Assembly (NCBI GenBank): GCA_050951325.1
Contig: JBMNIW010000001.1
Span: forward strand, 96,001 to 160,000
DNA length: 64,000 nucleotides
Reading direction: 5' to 3'
From: Clostridia bacterium
GTDB taxonomy: Bacteria > Bacillota > Clostridia > UBA1212 > DUPL01
The stretch's first letter is position 1; each line of letters starts with the position of its first letter. A model generated the notes under the pieces. That model did no database searches. It saw only the letters and a program-made list of their open reading frames with translations, and was not told the origin of the DNA. Shown here piece by piece: positions 1 through 10,108 of this stretch. The position numbers and the translations under genes were made by a program.

Positions 1-658
1 GGTATCTAAGAACCGTTACGGCTCTGGCTGTGGACAACTCCCAGTTGGATGGAAACTGCCATGTGTTTATTGGCCTGTTGTCAGTATGTCCTTCTATTCT
101 TATCATCTCGATTTCTTCTTCAAACCTGTCAAGTATGTTTGCAAATGCACTTAAAACTCCATGGAACTCCGGTTTCAAATCAGCTTTTCCTGATTCAAAC
201 ATGACATTGTCAGTAAACCTGATTATTATCTCAAAATCCGTCTTGTTCACCTCAACCTTGGTTTCCAGCTCAAAGTCCTTTACAAATCCAATTATCCCGT
301 TATATATCTCATCAATATTATCAGGAAACCTTACAGTTGGTGTAGGTTTGGGAGTTTGAGTTGGAGTAGGACTTTTGCTTTCTATCGGAGTTTCCGAAGG
401 CGTAGTTTTTGGAGTTGGTGTAGGCAGCGGTGGAGGAGTGAAATCCTCGTTTCCGTTTCCATTGGTGGGAATTATTTTCCCACCTGCAGTACTTCCTGTA
501 AAAGCAAACACCAATTCCTTCCATTTGGCCTCATTTATGGTCGAAAAGGAGAACAGGAGGACGAAGAAGGTAAGCAGGAGTGTAACCATGTCCCCGTATG
601 TAGTCTGCCAGTTGTCAGAGCTGCCTGATCTTTTTCTTCTCGACTTTCTATCACCCAT
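1..658 (-). CDS. motB: Flagellar stator protein MotB (3' end runs off window)
   Basis: Not in ORF track. Manual translation from ATG at 658: MGDRKSRRKRSGSSDNWQTTYGDMVTLLLTFFVLLFSFS (MotB TM with conserved Asp) ... IEGHTDNRPINTWQFPSNWELSTARA (OmpA-like PG-binding motif). Overlaps motA stop. Confidence 0.93.
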   Translation of the reverse strand, partial: MGDRKSRRKRSGSSDNWQTTYGDMVTLLLTFFVLLFSFSTINEAKWKELVFAFTGSTAGGKIIPTNGNGNEDFTPPPLPTPTPKTTPSETPIESKSPTPTQTPKPTPTVRFPDNIDEIYNGIIGFVKDFELETKVEVNKTDFEIIIRFTDNVMFESGKADLKPEFHGVLSAFANILDRFEEEIEMIRIEGHTDNRPINTWQFPSNWELSTARAVTVLRY

Positions 659-1454
659 CCTGCATCTCCCCCGCTACATTAAACCTTTTATTAACTTCCA
701 CGTTTTCCTGCTCCTCCTGGGATAAGAACGCCTTTAGTTTCTCTTCGATTATTCTCGGGTTTTCTCCAGCCTGTATTGATAAAACCCCTTCAATAATCAT
801 TTCCTTGTGGCTTATCTCGATTATTGTCTTGTCCTCAAGCCTTCTTGCAAGAGGCATAAACCACAAGTTGGCGAGAAGCACTCCATAGAAAGTAGTAATA
901 AGTGCCACAGCCATCGCAGGTCCCAACGTCTCTGGCTTGTCCAATTCCTGAAGCATGTTGATAAGCCCTATAAGGGTACCTGCCATACCGAAAGCAGGAG
1001 CATAGGACGCCATGCTCTTGAACATGGACTGTCCTTGTTCATGCCTTTCTTCAATAAAGTTTATTTCAGTCTGTAGAATATTCTTTACAAGCTCAGGATC
1101 TGAACCGTCCACTACCAAAAGCAAACCTTTCTTAAGAAAGTTGTCTTCAAGGTTTTCCGCCTCCCCTTCAAGGGCGAGTACGCCATCCTTTCGGGCAATA
1201 TTGGCCAGATGAATAAGGGTTTGGATACTGCCTGTAAAATCCGTGTCATCCCTTCTAAGAGCGATTCCAACCAGTTTGAAAAGGTTTTTAAACGTATCGA
1301 AGCGCACACTTGCCATGGCAGCAAAAATAGTGCCGCCCAATGTTATGAAAATAGAGGCAGAGTCCCAATATGAGCCAAGCGTTCCGTTTATCATTATTCC
1401 TATTGCCATGCATAGAAAACCTAAAATAATGCCTAGTATACCCATTATGTCCAT
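651..1454 (-). CDS. motA: Flagellar stator protein MotA
   Basis: APAFGMAGTLIGLI, MAVALITTFYG and IQAGENPR motifs; directly upstream of motB. Confidence 0.95.
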   Translation of the reverse strand: MDIMGILGIILGFLCMAIGIMINGTLGSYWDSASIFITLGGTIFAAMASVRFDTFKNLFKLVGIALRRDDTDFTGSIQTLIHLANIARKDGVLALEGEAENLEDNFLKKGLLLVVDGSDPELVKNILQTEINFIEERHEQGQSMFKSMASYAPAFGMAGTLIGLINMLQELDKPETLGPAMAVALITTFYGVLLANLWFMPLARRLEDKTIIEISHKEMIIEGVLSIQAGENPRIIEEKLKAFLSQEEQENVEVNKRFNVAGEMQDG

Positions 1455-1467
1455 AAAATCACCATTC

Positions 1468-1674
1468 CTACCTTGTCACTTTCTTAGGGAGGCCTGCATA
1501 AACTTCCTTTCTGTATGCAATAATTCTTTCCTGCAGTTCATCAACGGATTCCAATACCATCAGTTTCTTGCCTGTAGTCATTGTTATGACAGTATCGGGA
1601 GTTTCCTCAAAAAACTCAATCAAATCCGGATTTACATACAAGACAGTGTTGTTTATTCTTGTAACCTTAATCAT
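1468..1674 (-). CDS. flbD: Flagellar FlbD family protein
   Basis: MIKVTRIN...VNPDLIEFFEETPDTVITMTTGKK; canonical position between flgE and motA. Confidence 0.9.
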   Translation of the reverse strand: MIKVTRINNTVLYVNPDLIEFFEETPDTVITMTTGKKLMVLESVDELQERIIAYRKEVYAGLPKKVTR

Positions 1675-1686
1675 TTTCTATTAACT

Positions 1687-2505
1687 TTAGCGCTTGAGAT
1701 TTACAAGTTCTTCAAGCAACGAGTCAGCTACAGTTATGACCCTTGCGTTCGCCTGGTAACCCCTCTGAGTTATAATCATATCAGTGAACTCATTGGATAA
1801 ATCCACATTGGACATCTCCAAAGTTCCTGGATTCAATGCACCTGCACCGTCAAAACCAGCCTGCTTGTAAACGGATGTGCTTCCTGGAAGTGGAGAGCCC
1901 GAGCTGGCAGTTTCAATATATGTATTGTTGCCTGCCTTTTGCAGTCCGGATGTATTTGTAAAGGTGGCAATACCAAGTACGGCAATAACCTGGGATGTGC
2001 TTGAACCGCTGGGGATACCCATCATTCTTCCCATATAGTCTATGGAAATGTCATGGTATTGTACTCCACCCAGGTTTATTGCGTTTCCGTCAACATCAAG
2101 AACAAACATACCATTGGCATTCACAAGATTTCCCTGGTCGTCAAGTCTGAAGTTGCCCGCTCTTGTGTAGAAGGTCTCTCCTGCTCCGTTTTGTACAACA
2201 AAGAAACCATCGCCTTCAATAGAAAGGTCAAGGGCATAGTCGGTTCTCTGCGCACCTGCGGAGGTAAACATTGTATCTATTGTTCCAATACTTACACCAA
2301 GACCTACCTGCTGTGGATTTATTCCACCAAGGTTGACATCTGCTCCGCTGGCAGGTTTCAAAGTCTGGTTGAATATGTCCTGAAATGTAACCCTTCCCGA
2401 TTTGTATGCCACCGTATTTACATTAGCTATGTTATTACCTATTACGTCCATTTTAACCTGATGGTTCTTTAGTCCGGAAACTGCTGAAAACATTGATCTC
2501 ATCAT
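1687..2505 (-). CDS. flgE: Flagellar hook protein (short Firmicutes-type FlgE)
   Basis: MDVIGNNIANVNT, YTRAGNF, LEMSNVDLSNEFTDMIITQRGYQANAR; follows flgD. Confidence 0.88.
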   Translation of the reverse strand: MMRSMFSAVSGLKNHQVKMDVIGNNIANVNTVAYKSGRVTFQDIFNQTLKPASGADVNLGGINPQQVGLGVSIGTIDTMFTSAGAQRTDYALDLSIEGDGFFVVQNGAGETFYTRAGNFRLDDQGNLVNANGMFVLDVDGNAINLGGVQYHDISIDYMGRMMGIPSGSSTSQVIAVLGIATFTNTSGLQKAGNNTYIETASSGSPLPGSTSVYKQAGFDGAGALNPGTLEMSNVDLSNEFTDMIITQRGYQANARVITVADSLLEELVNLKR

Positions 2506-2519
2506 AATGAATTCCTCCT

Positions 2520-2909
2520 TTAATTGTTATCGTATACAACTTCCACCACATCGGAAAGTTGGAACATATATTCTCCTACAGTAAGCCAGCTTTGACCGCT
2601 TTGTACCGAGACTCTTTCAACAACACCCTGAATCAGGTCATTGCCGTATTTTGCTATTACTTCCTTGCCAATCAGGGAAACGCTGCTTCCAAACTCAAAC
2701 GATTTGTTCAATGCACTCATTTCCTCAAGGGCGCTGAACTGAGCCATTTGTGCTATGAAATCGGTATCCTCCATGGGACTTAAAGGATCCTGATTCTGCA
2801 GCTGGGTCACAAGAAGCTTTAAAAAGTCATCCTTTCCAAGATCCTTTCTTGCTTCCCTGACATTATTATTCTGTAAAGTCATTTGACTTGCCACATTGTC
2901 AACCTTCAT
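2520..2909 (-). CDS. flgD: Flagellar hook capping protein
   Basis: LGKDDFLKLLVTQLQNQDPLSPM...QMAQFSALE. Confidence 0.95.
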   Translation of the reverse strand: MKVDNVASQMTLQNNNVREARKDLGKDDFLKLLVTQLQNQDPLSPMEDTDFIAQMAQFSALEEMSALNKSFEFGSSVSLIGKEVIAKYGNDLIQGVVERVSVQSGQSWLTVGEYMFQLSDVVEVVYDNN

Positions 2910-2920
2910 TTTCCTACCTC

Positions 2921-4069
2921 CTACACCAAGTAATTGATTCGTCCGCTGGCATGGAAGACATTGGACTCTTCATCAAGGGCATCCTTCCTCTCAGCATGAT
3001 AACCAAAAGAAGGTTGTTTGTAACTGCCCTGCCTTCCCTGTCCGCCTGTGCTTTCAGTATCAAACTGGAACGCAAACGAACCAAATTCAATCTTGTCCAT
3101 CTCAATTCCCTGATTTCTCAAAGCTGTTTCTATCTCCACAACTCTTTGGTTCAAGGCATCCCGCAGATCCTCGTTGGATATCTTGAGAAAAGCCTTTACC
3201 TTGCCATTTGATTCCTCCAGTGTGATTTCCACTTCTCCAAGAAACTCGGGTTTCAGTTTGATTGTAAGTTCAACGTTATCTTCCGTCTCCCTCCGGCTTA
3301 TGGACTCCACAATTGTCTCCGTTATTCTATTCATGCTCTCTACAACATGACTTCTTGATACAGACAAATTCTCATTTTCCACCTCAAGGGCGTTTTGTGG
3401 AATTCCAATATCAAACCTCTCAACATTTGGATACTCTTTGTCCCTTTGAAGCCTGATTTCCTTTGGTCTTTCAATACTTAACTTATTGACGGCTTTAAGT
3501 GCAGAATACGTTTCAGTATCATTCTTTTCCACACCTTTATTCGATATATCCAACTTTTCTTCAATTGTATGTGACTCTGTCACATTCCATCTGCCCTCCC
3601 TGATGTCAACTGCGAAAACTTCTTTTGGTTCCTGCCTGACATCCAGGGCTTCGGTCTTCATGTCAAAAACTTCTGTCTCATTGTCTTCAATAAATAACAA
3701 GTCATCAAAAGTTTTATCTTTTGTACTTACTTCAACGTCAAAATCCTGCACCTTTACATCCCTAGGGAAAATATCAAGTTCTACTGTATTGACATTGACT
3801 TCTTCCAGTTCACCCCATTGCCTTTCCGGTTGTCCCTCTGTCATCACAGGTATTTGGTTTTCATGATTGACAGGAACAAACATGGGCACCATGTACTTTG
3901 CCAACTCCTCTTCGTCTTTTGTGTCTGCTATTTCCCCGGCAATACCTTCCAACGCAAGCATAAATACATTGAAAAAGGAATCATGAGATTTTGTTTCATT
4001 TTCATTGCCGATTAGCATTCCAACTTCATTCTTTACATATGTACTTGCTCCAATTTCATTTACTGTCAC
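2921..4069 (-). CDS. fliK: Flagellar hook-length control protein
   Basis: C-terminal LKPEFLGEVEI domain; position between ylxF-like gene and flgD; GTG start at 4069 after AGGAGGTG RBS. Confidence 0.82.
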   Translation of the reverse strand: MTVNEIGASTYVKNEVGMLIGNENETKSHDSFFNVFMLALEGIAGEIADTKDEEELAKYMVPMFVPVNHENQIPVMTEGQPERQWGELEEVNVNTVELDIFPRDVKVQDFDVEVSTKDKTFDDLLFIEDNETEVFDMKTEALDVRQEPKEVFAVDIREGRWNVTESHTIEEKLDISNKGVEKNDTETYSALKAVNKLSIERPKEIRLQRDKEYPNVERFDIGIPQNALEVENENLSVSRSHVVESMNRITETIVESISRRETEDNVELTIKLKPEFLGEVEITLEESNGKVKAFLKISNEDLRDALNQRVVEIETALRNQGIEMDKIEFGSFAFQFDTESTGGQGRQGSYKQPSFGYHAERKDALDEESNVFHASGRINYLV

Positions 4070-4104
4070 CCTCTCACCTCCCTTTACTGCAATCAATTAC
4101 GGGA

Positions 4105-4695
4105 TTAATAGTCGTGTATTCTTTCAAGTATGGCCGCTGCCTTGTCAGGACTCATCTTGCTGAGCACCTGAGATGCAAAACTTACATCCAAAGCTTTGAT
4201 TATCCTGACCTTCAAAGCCATATTGTCCTGTTTTTCAAGCAGCTCCGCCACTTTGGCAGCATCCATCGCCCTGTATATTTCAGCAACTTCCTGTATGTTA
4301 TTGAACTCGGGCATGAGGTCATTTACCAAATCCTCATATTTCTTTTTTTCCTTAATCAACTGAGCTTCCTCTTGAGCTATTTCTTCCCAGCCCTTTTCAA
4401 GCTCCTCTTCCCTTTTTGCAAGATCCTCCTGCATTTTTTCAACCTCAAGCTTAAGCTCCTCAATATTCTTTTTTTCCTGCTCCATAGCCTTTTGCTCATC
4501 CAGAGCAATCGCCTCGTTTTTTCTCAACGTGTTAATTACATCAAGGCCCAAACCACCCACATTGAAATATGCCAGCATACAAAACAAAATTACTAGAAAC
4601 ACGCATATGGCAAACACAGATACTCCTGCCAGAACGGGGGGAATTTCATTATTCTTTTTCTTCTTCAGATTCACATTTTTATCCTGCATCTTCAT
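4105..4695 (-). CDS. MotE/YlxF-like flagellar protein (TM, coiled coil, MgtE_N-like)
   Basis: N-terminal TM, coiled coil, YRAMDAAKVAELL...LSKMSPDKAAAIL; follows fliJ. Confidence 0.7.
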   Translation of the reverse strand: MKMQDKNVNLKKKKNNEIPPVLAGVSVFAICVFLVILFCMLAYFNVGGLGLDVINTLRKNEAIALDEQKAMEQEKKNIEELKLEVEKMQEDLAKREEELEKGWEEIAQEEAQLIKEKKKYEDLVNDLMPEFNNIQEVAEIYRAMDAAKVAELLEKQDNMALKVRIIKALDVSFASQVLSKMSPDKAAAILERIHDY

Positions 4696-4703
4696 ACCCT
4701 CAC

Positions 4704-5129
4704 TTAAGCTATTGTGATTTTGTAAGTCATCATGTCATCTACAAGCTTGTCCTGCTCTTTTCCAAGTTCCACGAGATACTCTTCATACTGCTTTTCCCTC
4801 AGTTTTTCAAGTACCTTTCTCTCCTGCATAATGGTTACCAGTTCCTGTCTTATCTCTTCGATCTCCTTCTCAATTGCTTCAAGTTCGCAAGTCTTGCTTT
4901 TCCTCATTCTCTCCAAATCGGAGTAGTATCTTGAAAACATCAAATATTCGTGGGCTGTAAAGCTTTTGTTGTTTGTTCTCGCCAGCTCCTTACGTCTTTC
5001 AATTTCCTCAATCTCCTCCTGGCATTTATCCCTTCTCGAAACAGCCTCCGCCATTTTCTGTTTTGCCTGTCTCTCCAGGGAGTTTTTAATCCTAAGCAAG
5101 CTGTTTAGAGTAAATTCAAACTTCTTCAT
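4704..5129 (-). CDS. fliJ: Flagellar export chaperone FliJ
   Basis: MKKFEFTLNSLL...LEKLREK...EQDKLVDD; after fliI. Confidence 0.88.
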   Translation of the reverse strand: MKKFEFTLNSLLRIKNSLERQAKQKMAEAVSRRDKCQEEIEEIERRKELARTNNKSFTAHEYLMFSRYYSDLERMRKSKTCELEAIEKEIEEIRQELVTIMQERKVLEKLREKQYEEYLVELGKEQDKLVDDMMTYKITIA

Positions 5130-5131
5130 AC

Positions 5132-6466
5132 CTAACTACCTGCCCCAATCCTGAGTATCTCTCTCATCATGTCTACCGTTTTGTCAAAACCATGTGCTTC
5201 CTCAATCCGCTGACGCAGGAAACCTTCAATGGGCTTGTTTAAAAGAATCGCCTCGTCAATATCCTGGTTTGCACCTTTCTTGTATGCGCCAATGTTTATG
5301 AGGTCTTCCGCATCCTTGTACACAGCCATTTTGCTCTTTATGGTATTTGCTATGTCATAGTGTTCTCTTGTTACTATGTCCGGCATTACCCTGCTGACGC
5401 TGGCAAGAACATCTATGGCAGGATAGTGGTTTCTGTTGGCAAGCTTCCTTGAAAGAACAATATGTCCGTCGAGTATACCTCTTACTGTATCCGATATGGG
5501 CTCATTCATGTCGTCTCCATCAACCAGAACGGTGTACAACCCGGTGATTGAGCCTTTGCTGGAATTGCCCGTTCTTTCAAGAAGTCTTGGCAGCATGGCG
5601 TATACGGAGGGCGTATATCCTCTTGAAACAGGAGGCTCTCCTGACGCCATCCCCACTTCCCTTTGCGCCATTGCAAACCTTGTCAATGAGTCCATGAGGA
5701 ACAATACATTCTTTCCCTTGTCTCTAAAATATTCAGCTATCGATGTTCCAAGCATTGCCGCCTTTACTCTAACCAATGCAGGCTGGTCGCTGGTGGCAAT
5801 AATTAGCACTGATTTCCTAAGTCCTTCTTCCTTCAAGTCTTTTTCTATAAAATCCCTTACTTCCCTTCCTCTCTCGCCCACCAGGGTTATGACGTTTAGA
5901 TCCGCCACTGCGTTTCTGGCAATCATACCAAGCAGTGTACTCTTGCCAACACCGCTGCCTGCAAAGATGCCAAGCCTTTGACCTTGACCGCAAGTCAGAA
6001 GTCCGTCAATCGCTTTTATGCCCAAAGGTAGAACCTTGGTTATTCTTTCTCTCATAAGAGGGTCGGGAGGGTCATTGTCTATTCCATAATATTCTGTTGG
6101 TGTAACTGGTCCCTTGTTGTCTATTGGCTGACCAAGTCCGTCTAAAATTCTTCCCACTAATTCTTCCGCAACAGGAACACGGAATGTGTGATTTGTTGCA
6201 ACTACGGTACAACCCTGAGCTATACCATTCACATGACCAAGAGGCATCAGAACCAGTTTGTTATCGGAAAAACCTACCACTTCCGTCCTGATGGGCTTGC
6301 CATCACCCTCGCTGGGATAGATGAGGCAAACCTCGCCCATCTTGGCAATTGGTCCTTCCGATTCTATCATCAGTCCCGTTACCTCGCTGACACTGCCGGT
6401 ATATGTGTATAAGTCACTGTTTTTGATTTTTCTCTCCACAATGGACAAATCAATTACCTTGGTCAA
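5132..6466 (-). CDS. fliI: Flagellar export ATPase
   Basis: Walker A GSGVGKS, DSLTRFAMAQRE, GILDGHIVLSR. Confidence 0.96.
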   Translation of the reverse strand: MTKVIDLSIVERKIKNSDLYTYTGSVSEVTGLMIESEGPIAKMGEVCLIYPSEGDGKPIRTEVVGFSDNKLVLMPLGHVNGIAQGCTVVATNHTFRVPVAEELVGRILDGLGQPIDNKGPVTPTEYYGIDNDPPDPLMRERITKVLPLGIKAIDGLLTCGQGQRLGIFAGSGVGKSTLLGMIARNAVADLNVITLVGERGREVRDFIEKDLKEEGLRKSVLIIATSDQPALVRVKAAMLGTSIAEYFRDKGKNVLFLMDSLTRFAMAQREVGMASGEPPVSRGYTPSVYAMLPRLLERTGNSSKGSITGLYTVLVDGDDMNEPISDTVRGILDGHIVLSRKLANRNHYPAIDVLASVSRVMPDIVTREHYDIANTIKSKMAVYKDAEDLINIGAYKKGANQDIDEAILLNKPIEGFLRQRIEEAHGFDKTVDMMREILRIGAGS

Positions 6467-7158
6467 TTTCTTTCTCCTGCTGCAATTTTTGCCTTCTCAA
6501 GCTGTTTGTCTAAACTGGCATCCACAATTCCCTTTTTGGAGATTACCTTTATCTCACCTTTCTTAAGACTGTCATCAGGTTCAACTCTGTCGTCCTCACT
6601 TAAAACCTGCTGGTGATTCATGTAGTCTTCAGCACTTACAAGTATCTTTGCATTATCGTCTTCCGTTTTTGACGCCGCACTGTTTATGAGTGACATAAAC
6701 GCCTTTGTATTTCTCTCCAGCTCATAATTCAAAACCTTCTCTGCGATACTGAAGGATAAATCCAGAATCTCGCTACTCATGGAGCTTATTATCTTCTCCC
6801 TAATCTCATACGCTTCCTTTATAATCTCCTTGGCCTTCTTGTCGCTTTCCTCAATCAGCTTTTCCGCTTCCTTCCGTCCTGCTGCATAGCCTTCCTCTTT
6901 TGCCTTTTTGTGAACTGCATCATACATCTCCTGGGACTTCTCGGCAGTCTGCGCAAGGAGGATATTTGCATTTTCCTCAGCCGTATCGAGGATTTCCTTT
7001 GCACGAAGTTGTGCCTTTAAAAGTATTTCCTCTGCCTGCCGTTCCTTCTCCTCAATGGACACCATTCTGTCGCTTAGCGTTGTTTTTACCTCACGCCCGA
7101 TTTGTCCGGATACCGCCTTCTCATACTTTACTTCCTGCGCCTTGTATATTCTAATCAA
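6463..7158 (-). CDS. fliH: Flagellar assembly protein FliH
   Basis: AKEEGYAAG motif, C-terminal GIVDASLDKQL; between fliG and fliI. Confidence 0.85.
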   Translation of the reverse strand: MIRIYKAQEVKYEKAVSGQIGREVKTTLSDRMVSIEEKERQAEEILLKAQLRAKEILDTAEENANILLAQTAEKSQEMYDAVHKKAKEEGYAAGRKEAEKLIEESDKKAKEIIKEAYEIREKIISSMSSEILDLSFSIAEKVLNYELERNTKAFMSLINSAASKTEDDNAKILVSAEDYMNHQQVLSEDDRVEPDDSLKKGEIKVISKKGIVDASLDKQLEKAKIAAGERN

Positions 7159-8152
7159 TTAGGACATCCTCCTTTCCTCTTACTATTACGATTTCTCCTG
7201 CCTCTTCAAGCTTTCTGATTACATTAACAATCTTTTGCTGGGCTTCTTCAACATCCCTTACCCTGACAGGGCCCATGTATTCCATGTCTTCCTGAATAAT
7301 CTGTCTGAGACGGGAGGAGATGTTGTCGAAGATAACCTTGTGAACATCCTGGGTTGCACCTTTCAATGCAATGGCAAGAGTATTCACATCCGTATCGCTG
7401 ATAACCTTCTGTACGGAGCGTGAATCCAGCTTGACAATGTCTTCAAATACAAACATCTTCTTCCTGATTTTATCTGCTAGATCGTTGTTAATCTTGGACA
7501 AGGTTTCAAGTATGAATTTCTCGGTACCTCTGTCTACACCATTCAATATGTCTACCACCGACTGCAGTCCGCCGGTTACTGTTAAGTCATCCATGGCAGA
7601 AGCAGACATCTTTCTTTCAATAATTCTTTCAATTTCCTTTATGTACTCGGGAGATGTCCTGTCCATTGTCGCTATTTTCTCTATTACTGATATCTGCTTG
7701 TCTTTTGGCAGCATGCCGAGTAATAGACCAGCCTGCTGCGGATGCAGATATGAAAAGATAATGGCAATTGTCTGAGGCGCTTCATTTTGTATGAGGCTGA
7801 ACAATTGTGAAGGATCAGCCTTTCTGGCAAATCCAAAGGGTCTTACCTGCAGAGTGGAACTGAGTTTTTCTATGATTTCATAAGCCTTCTGGCTGCCTAT
7901 TGCCTTTTCAAGCACTTCCTTTGCATAGGCAATACCTCCTTGGGATATGTAACTTTGGGCAACATACATGTCATAGAACTCGGAGTAAACCTGTTTTTTG
8001 ACCTCCGAATCCACCCTTCGTATGTTTGTAATCTCCAGGGTTATCTGCTCTATCTCCTCTTCCGTAAGGTGTTTGAAAACCTCTGCAGATACATCCTGGC
8101 CCAAAGCTATCATCAATATTGCCGCCTTTTCACTGCCTCTTAATCTATCCAT
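7151..8152 (-). CDS. fliG: Flagellar motor switch protein FliG
   Basis: EKAAILMIALG, MFVFEDI, MGPVRVRDVEEAQQKIV; ATG at 8152 after GAGGAG. Confidence 0.96.
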   Translation of the reverse strand: MDRLRGSEKAAILMIALGQDVSAEVFKHLTEEEIEQITLEITNIRRVDSEVKKQVYSEFYDMYVAQSYISQGGIAYAKEVLEKAIGSQKAYEIIEKLSSTLQVRPFGFARKADPSQLFSLIQNEAPQTIAIIFSYLHPQQAGLLLGMLPKDKQISVIEKIATMDRTSPEYIKEIERIIERKMSASAMDDLTVTGGLQSVVDILNGVDRGTEKFILETLSKINNDLADKIRKKMFVFEDIVKLDSRSVQKVISDTDVNTLAIALKGATQDVHKVIFDNISSRLRQIIQEDMEYMGPVRVRDVEEAQQKIVNVIRKLEEAGEIVIVRGKEDVLID

Positions 8153-8156
8153 TAAC

Positions 8157-9731
8157 TCACTCCTCATTTAGCCAGTTTCTTATGAGCTGGACGAATACTT
8201 CTGGATTCTTTCTGAAAAATTTCGAGATTGCATCCCTGTAATCAGTTCTTTGCCCATCAATCATGTCAAAATTCAGGTTGTCGTCCTCTTCCATTTGCCT
8301 GCGTGCCTGCTCTTCATAGAACCTCATAAGTTCCTCTTGCTGCAGCCTTCTTCTTTCACTTGCCCTGCGCGCAGCCATGGATATGAAAACTATCAGTGCA
8401 AGTAGTACAATTGCACTTGCTATAACAATTACAATAGTTGTTGTTCTTTCTCTTTGTTTTCTAAACAGTTCCTCCTGCATTTTTCTTGATTCTTCAAACA
8501 TGGCCTCAAAGGATTTTTGTCCTGCAAACTCCATGGTGGTCACTTCAACATACTTTGCGTCCACACCAACAGCGTTTGCAACAATCTGCCTTACATTAGT
8601 CAAAACCTCCTCATTTGCATCATCATTATCAATAACTACGGAGACTGTAAGGTCTTCAATCTGCCCCTGCGCCTTTTCTATAAGTTCAATAATCTGGTTA
8701 ACTTCATAATTGACGGTTCTACTAATCTTGTGATAATCAATGTTTTCATCATCCGGGTCCACATAGCCGGGAGCTCCTCCGTTAGGATCCTGTCCCACAT
8801 CGCCGCCATCTTCACCTAGTCTTCTCCTTATTTCAATAAGTTCTGTCAAGCTTACAATTATACCGTCCTCGCCAATGACAGGCTCGAAACGAATACTTTC
8901 TGTGGTCTGCTTGTCAAAGTTGAGCCTTACATTCACACCTGTTACAACCTTGCCAAAACCGAAGATAGGTTCGAGAATATTCAAAATCTGCTCTTCCAAA
9001 TCGGTGGCTACCTGTTTCTGAAGCTCGAACTGGGTGCCGGGGAAAATGGGGTCGCTTGAATTGCTCTTGTTGAGTATTGTCATGTTCTGGTCAATAACTG
9101 TGACATTTTCCTCTTCAAGACCTTCAACACTCTTTGAAACAAGCGCTACTATTGCATCTACCTGTTCTCTTGCTAGCTTTACATTCTTCTTTGTTTTTAT
9201 CAAAACCGATGCGGTGGTGGGTTTCTTGTCACCCTTGAGAACAACGGAGTCATTGTCAGGTATGTTCAAAGTGACCACAGCATCACTTATCAAATCAATT
9301 GATTTGATGGTGTCCTGCAGCCTGTCCTGAAGTTGAAACTGCATGTATTTTTTCTTTTCATACTGGGTCGTGCCAAAACCTGAACTTTTTGAGAATATAT
9401 CGTAGTTCAAGCCGCTCTTTGGATAGCCTTCCGCAGCCAATTCCAGTCTTATTTTGTTCTCAAACTTTTTGGGCACATAAAGAACGCCGTTGTCTCCTAC
9501 TTTTACATCATAGTCGTCTTCAGTCAGCTTTCTGTATATTTCACCAGCCTCGCTGTCTGAAAGACCTGAATACAAAACGGCGTATTCCGGTTTATTTATT
9601 AAGTATATGGTAACTGCGCAAAGTAATATAACCGCAGCAAACAATACTATTGTCATCGTTTTTTTCTTCTTTGATTGCTTTGACCAGTACTCCTTAAGTT
9701 TCTCAGGAATATTCTTTATCAACTCAGCCAT
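8157..9731 (-). CDS. fliF: Flagellar MS-ring protein
   Basis: Two TMs, LYSGLS, PTTASV, C-terminal NPEVFVQLIRNWLNE. Confidence 0.94.
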   Translation of the reverse strand: MAELIKNIPEKLKEYWSKQSKKKKTMTIVLFAAVILLCAVTIYLINKPEYAVLYSGLSDSEAGEIYRKLTEDDYDVKVGDNGVLYVPKKFENKIRLELAAEGYPKSGLNYDIFSKSSGFGTTQYEKKKYMQFQLQDRLQDTIKSIDLISDAVVTLNIPDNDSVVLKGDKKPTTASVLIKTKKNVKLAREQVDAIVALVSKSVEGLEEENVTVIDQNMTILNKSNSSDPIFPGTQFELQKQVATDLEEQILNILEPIFGFGKVVTGVNVRLNFDKQTTESIRFEPVIGEDGIIVSLTELIEIRRRLGEDGGDVGQDPNGGAPGYVDPDDENIDYHKISRTVNYEVNQIIELIEKAQGQIEDLTVSVVIDNDDANEEVLTNVRQIVANAVGVDAKYVEVTTMEFAGQKSFEAMFEESRKMQEELFRKQRERTTTIVIVIASAIVLLALIVFISMAARRASERRRLQQEELMRFYEEQARRQMEEDDNLNFDMIDGQRTDYRDAISKFFRKNPEVFVQLIRNWLNEE

Positions 9732-9793
9732 TTCCTACTCTGTTTCCTATCCGTTATTTTTGATAATTAATATAACTAACTATTTGGGGAAAA

Positions 9794-10096
9794 TTATATT
9801 TGCATTCTCATAATTTCGTTATACGCATCAATTACCCTGTTTCTAATCTGAACTGCCAGACCCAGGGTCAGCTGCGCCTTCTCCGCATCAATAATGACGG
9901 AGTGCAAATCCTCCACGGTCATATCAAGAAGTTCCGTACCAGACTCTTTGCTGACCTGATCTGCTTCAGCCGCCATTTTAAGAGCGTCTTCAAAGATTTT
10001 AATAAAATTCGAATTTGTGTTGATGGAATTGTTTGTGTTGATACCATTTGTTTGTCCTATGTTCTGAATACCCGCAACCTGCCCAATCATGTTCAT
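9794..10096 (-). CDS. fliE: Flagellar hook-basal body protein FliE
   Basis: C-terminal QIRNRVIDAYNEIMRMQI. Confidence 0.94.
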   Translation of the reverse strand: MNMIGQVAGIQNIGQTNGINTNNSINTNSNFIKIFEDALKMAAEADQVSKESGTELLDMTVEDLHSVIIDAEKAQLTLGLAVQIRNRVIDAYNEIMRMQI

Positions 10097-10108
10097 TTAA
10101 TTAACCTC

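Noticed and set aside
1687-2505. Unusually short hook protein, or misplaced FlgG
   Set aside because: Short FlgE in the flgD-flgE-flbD position is normal in Firmicutes.
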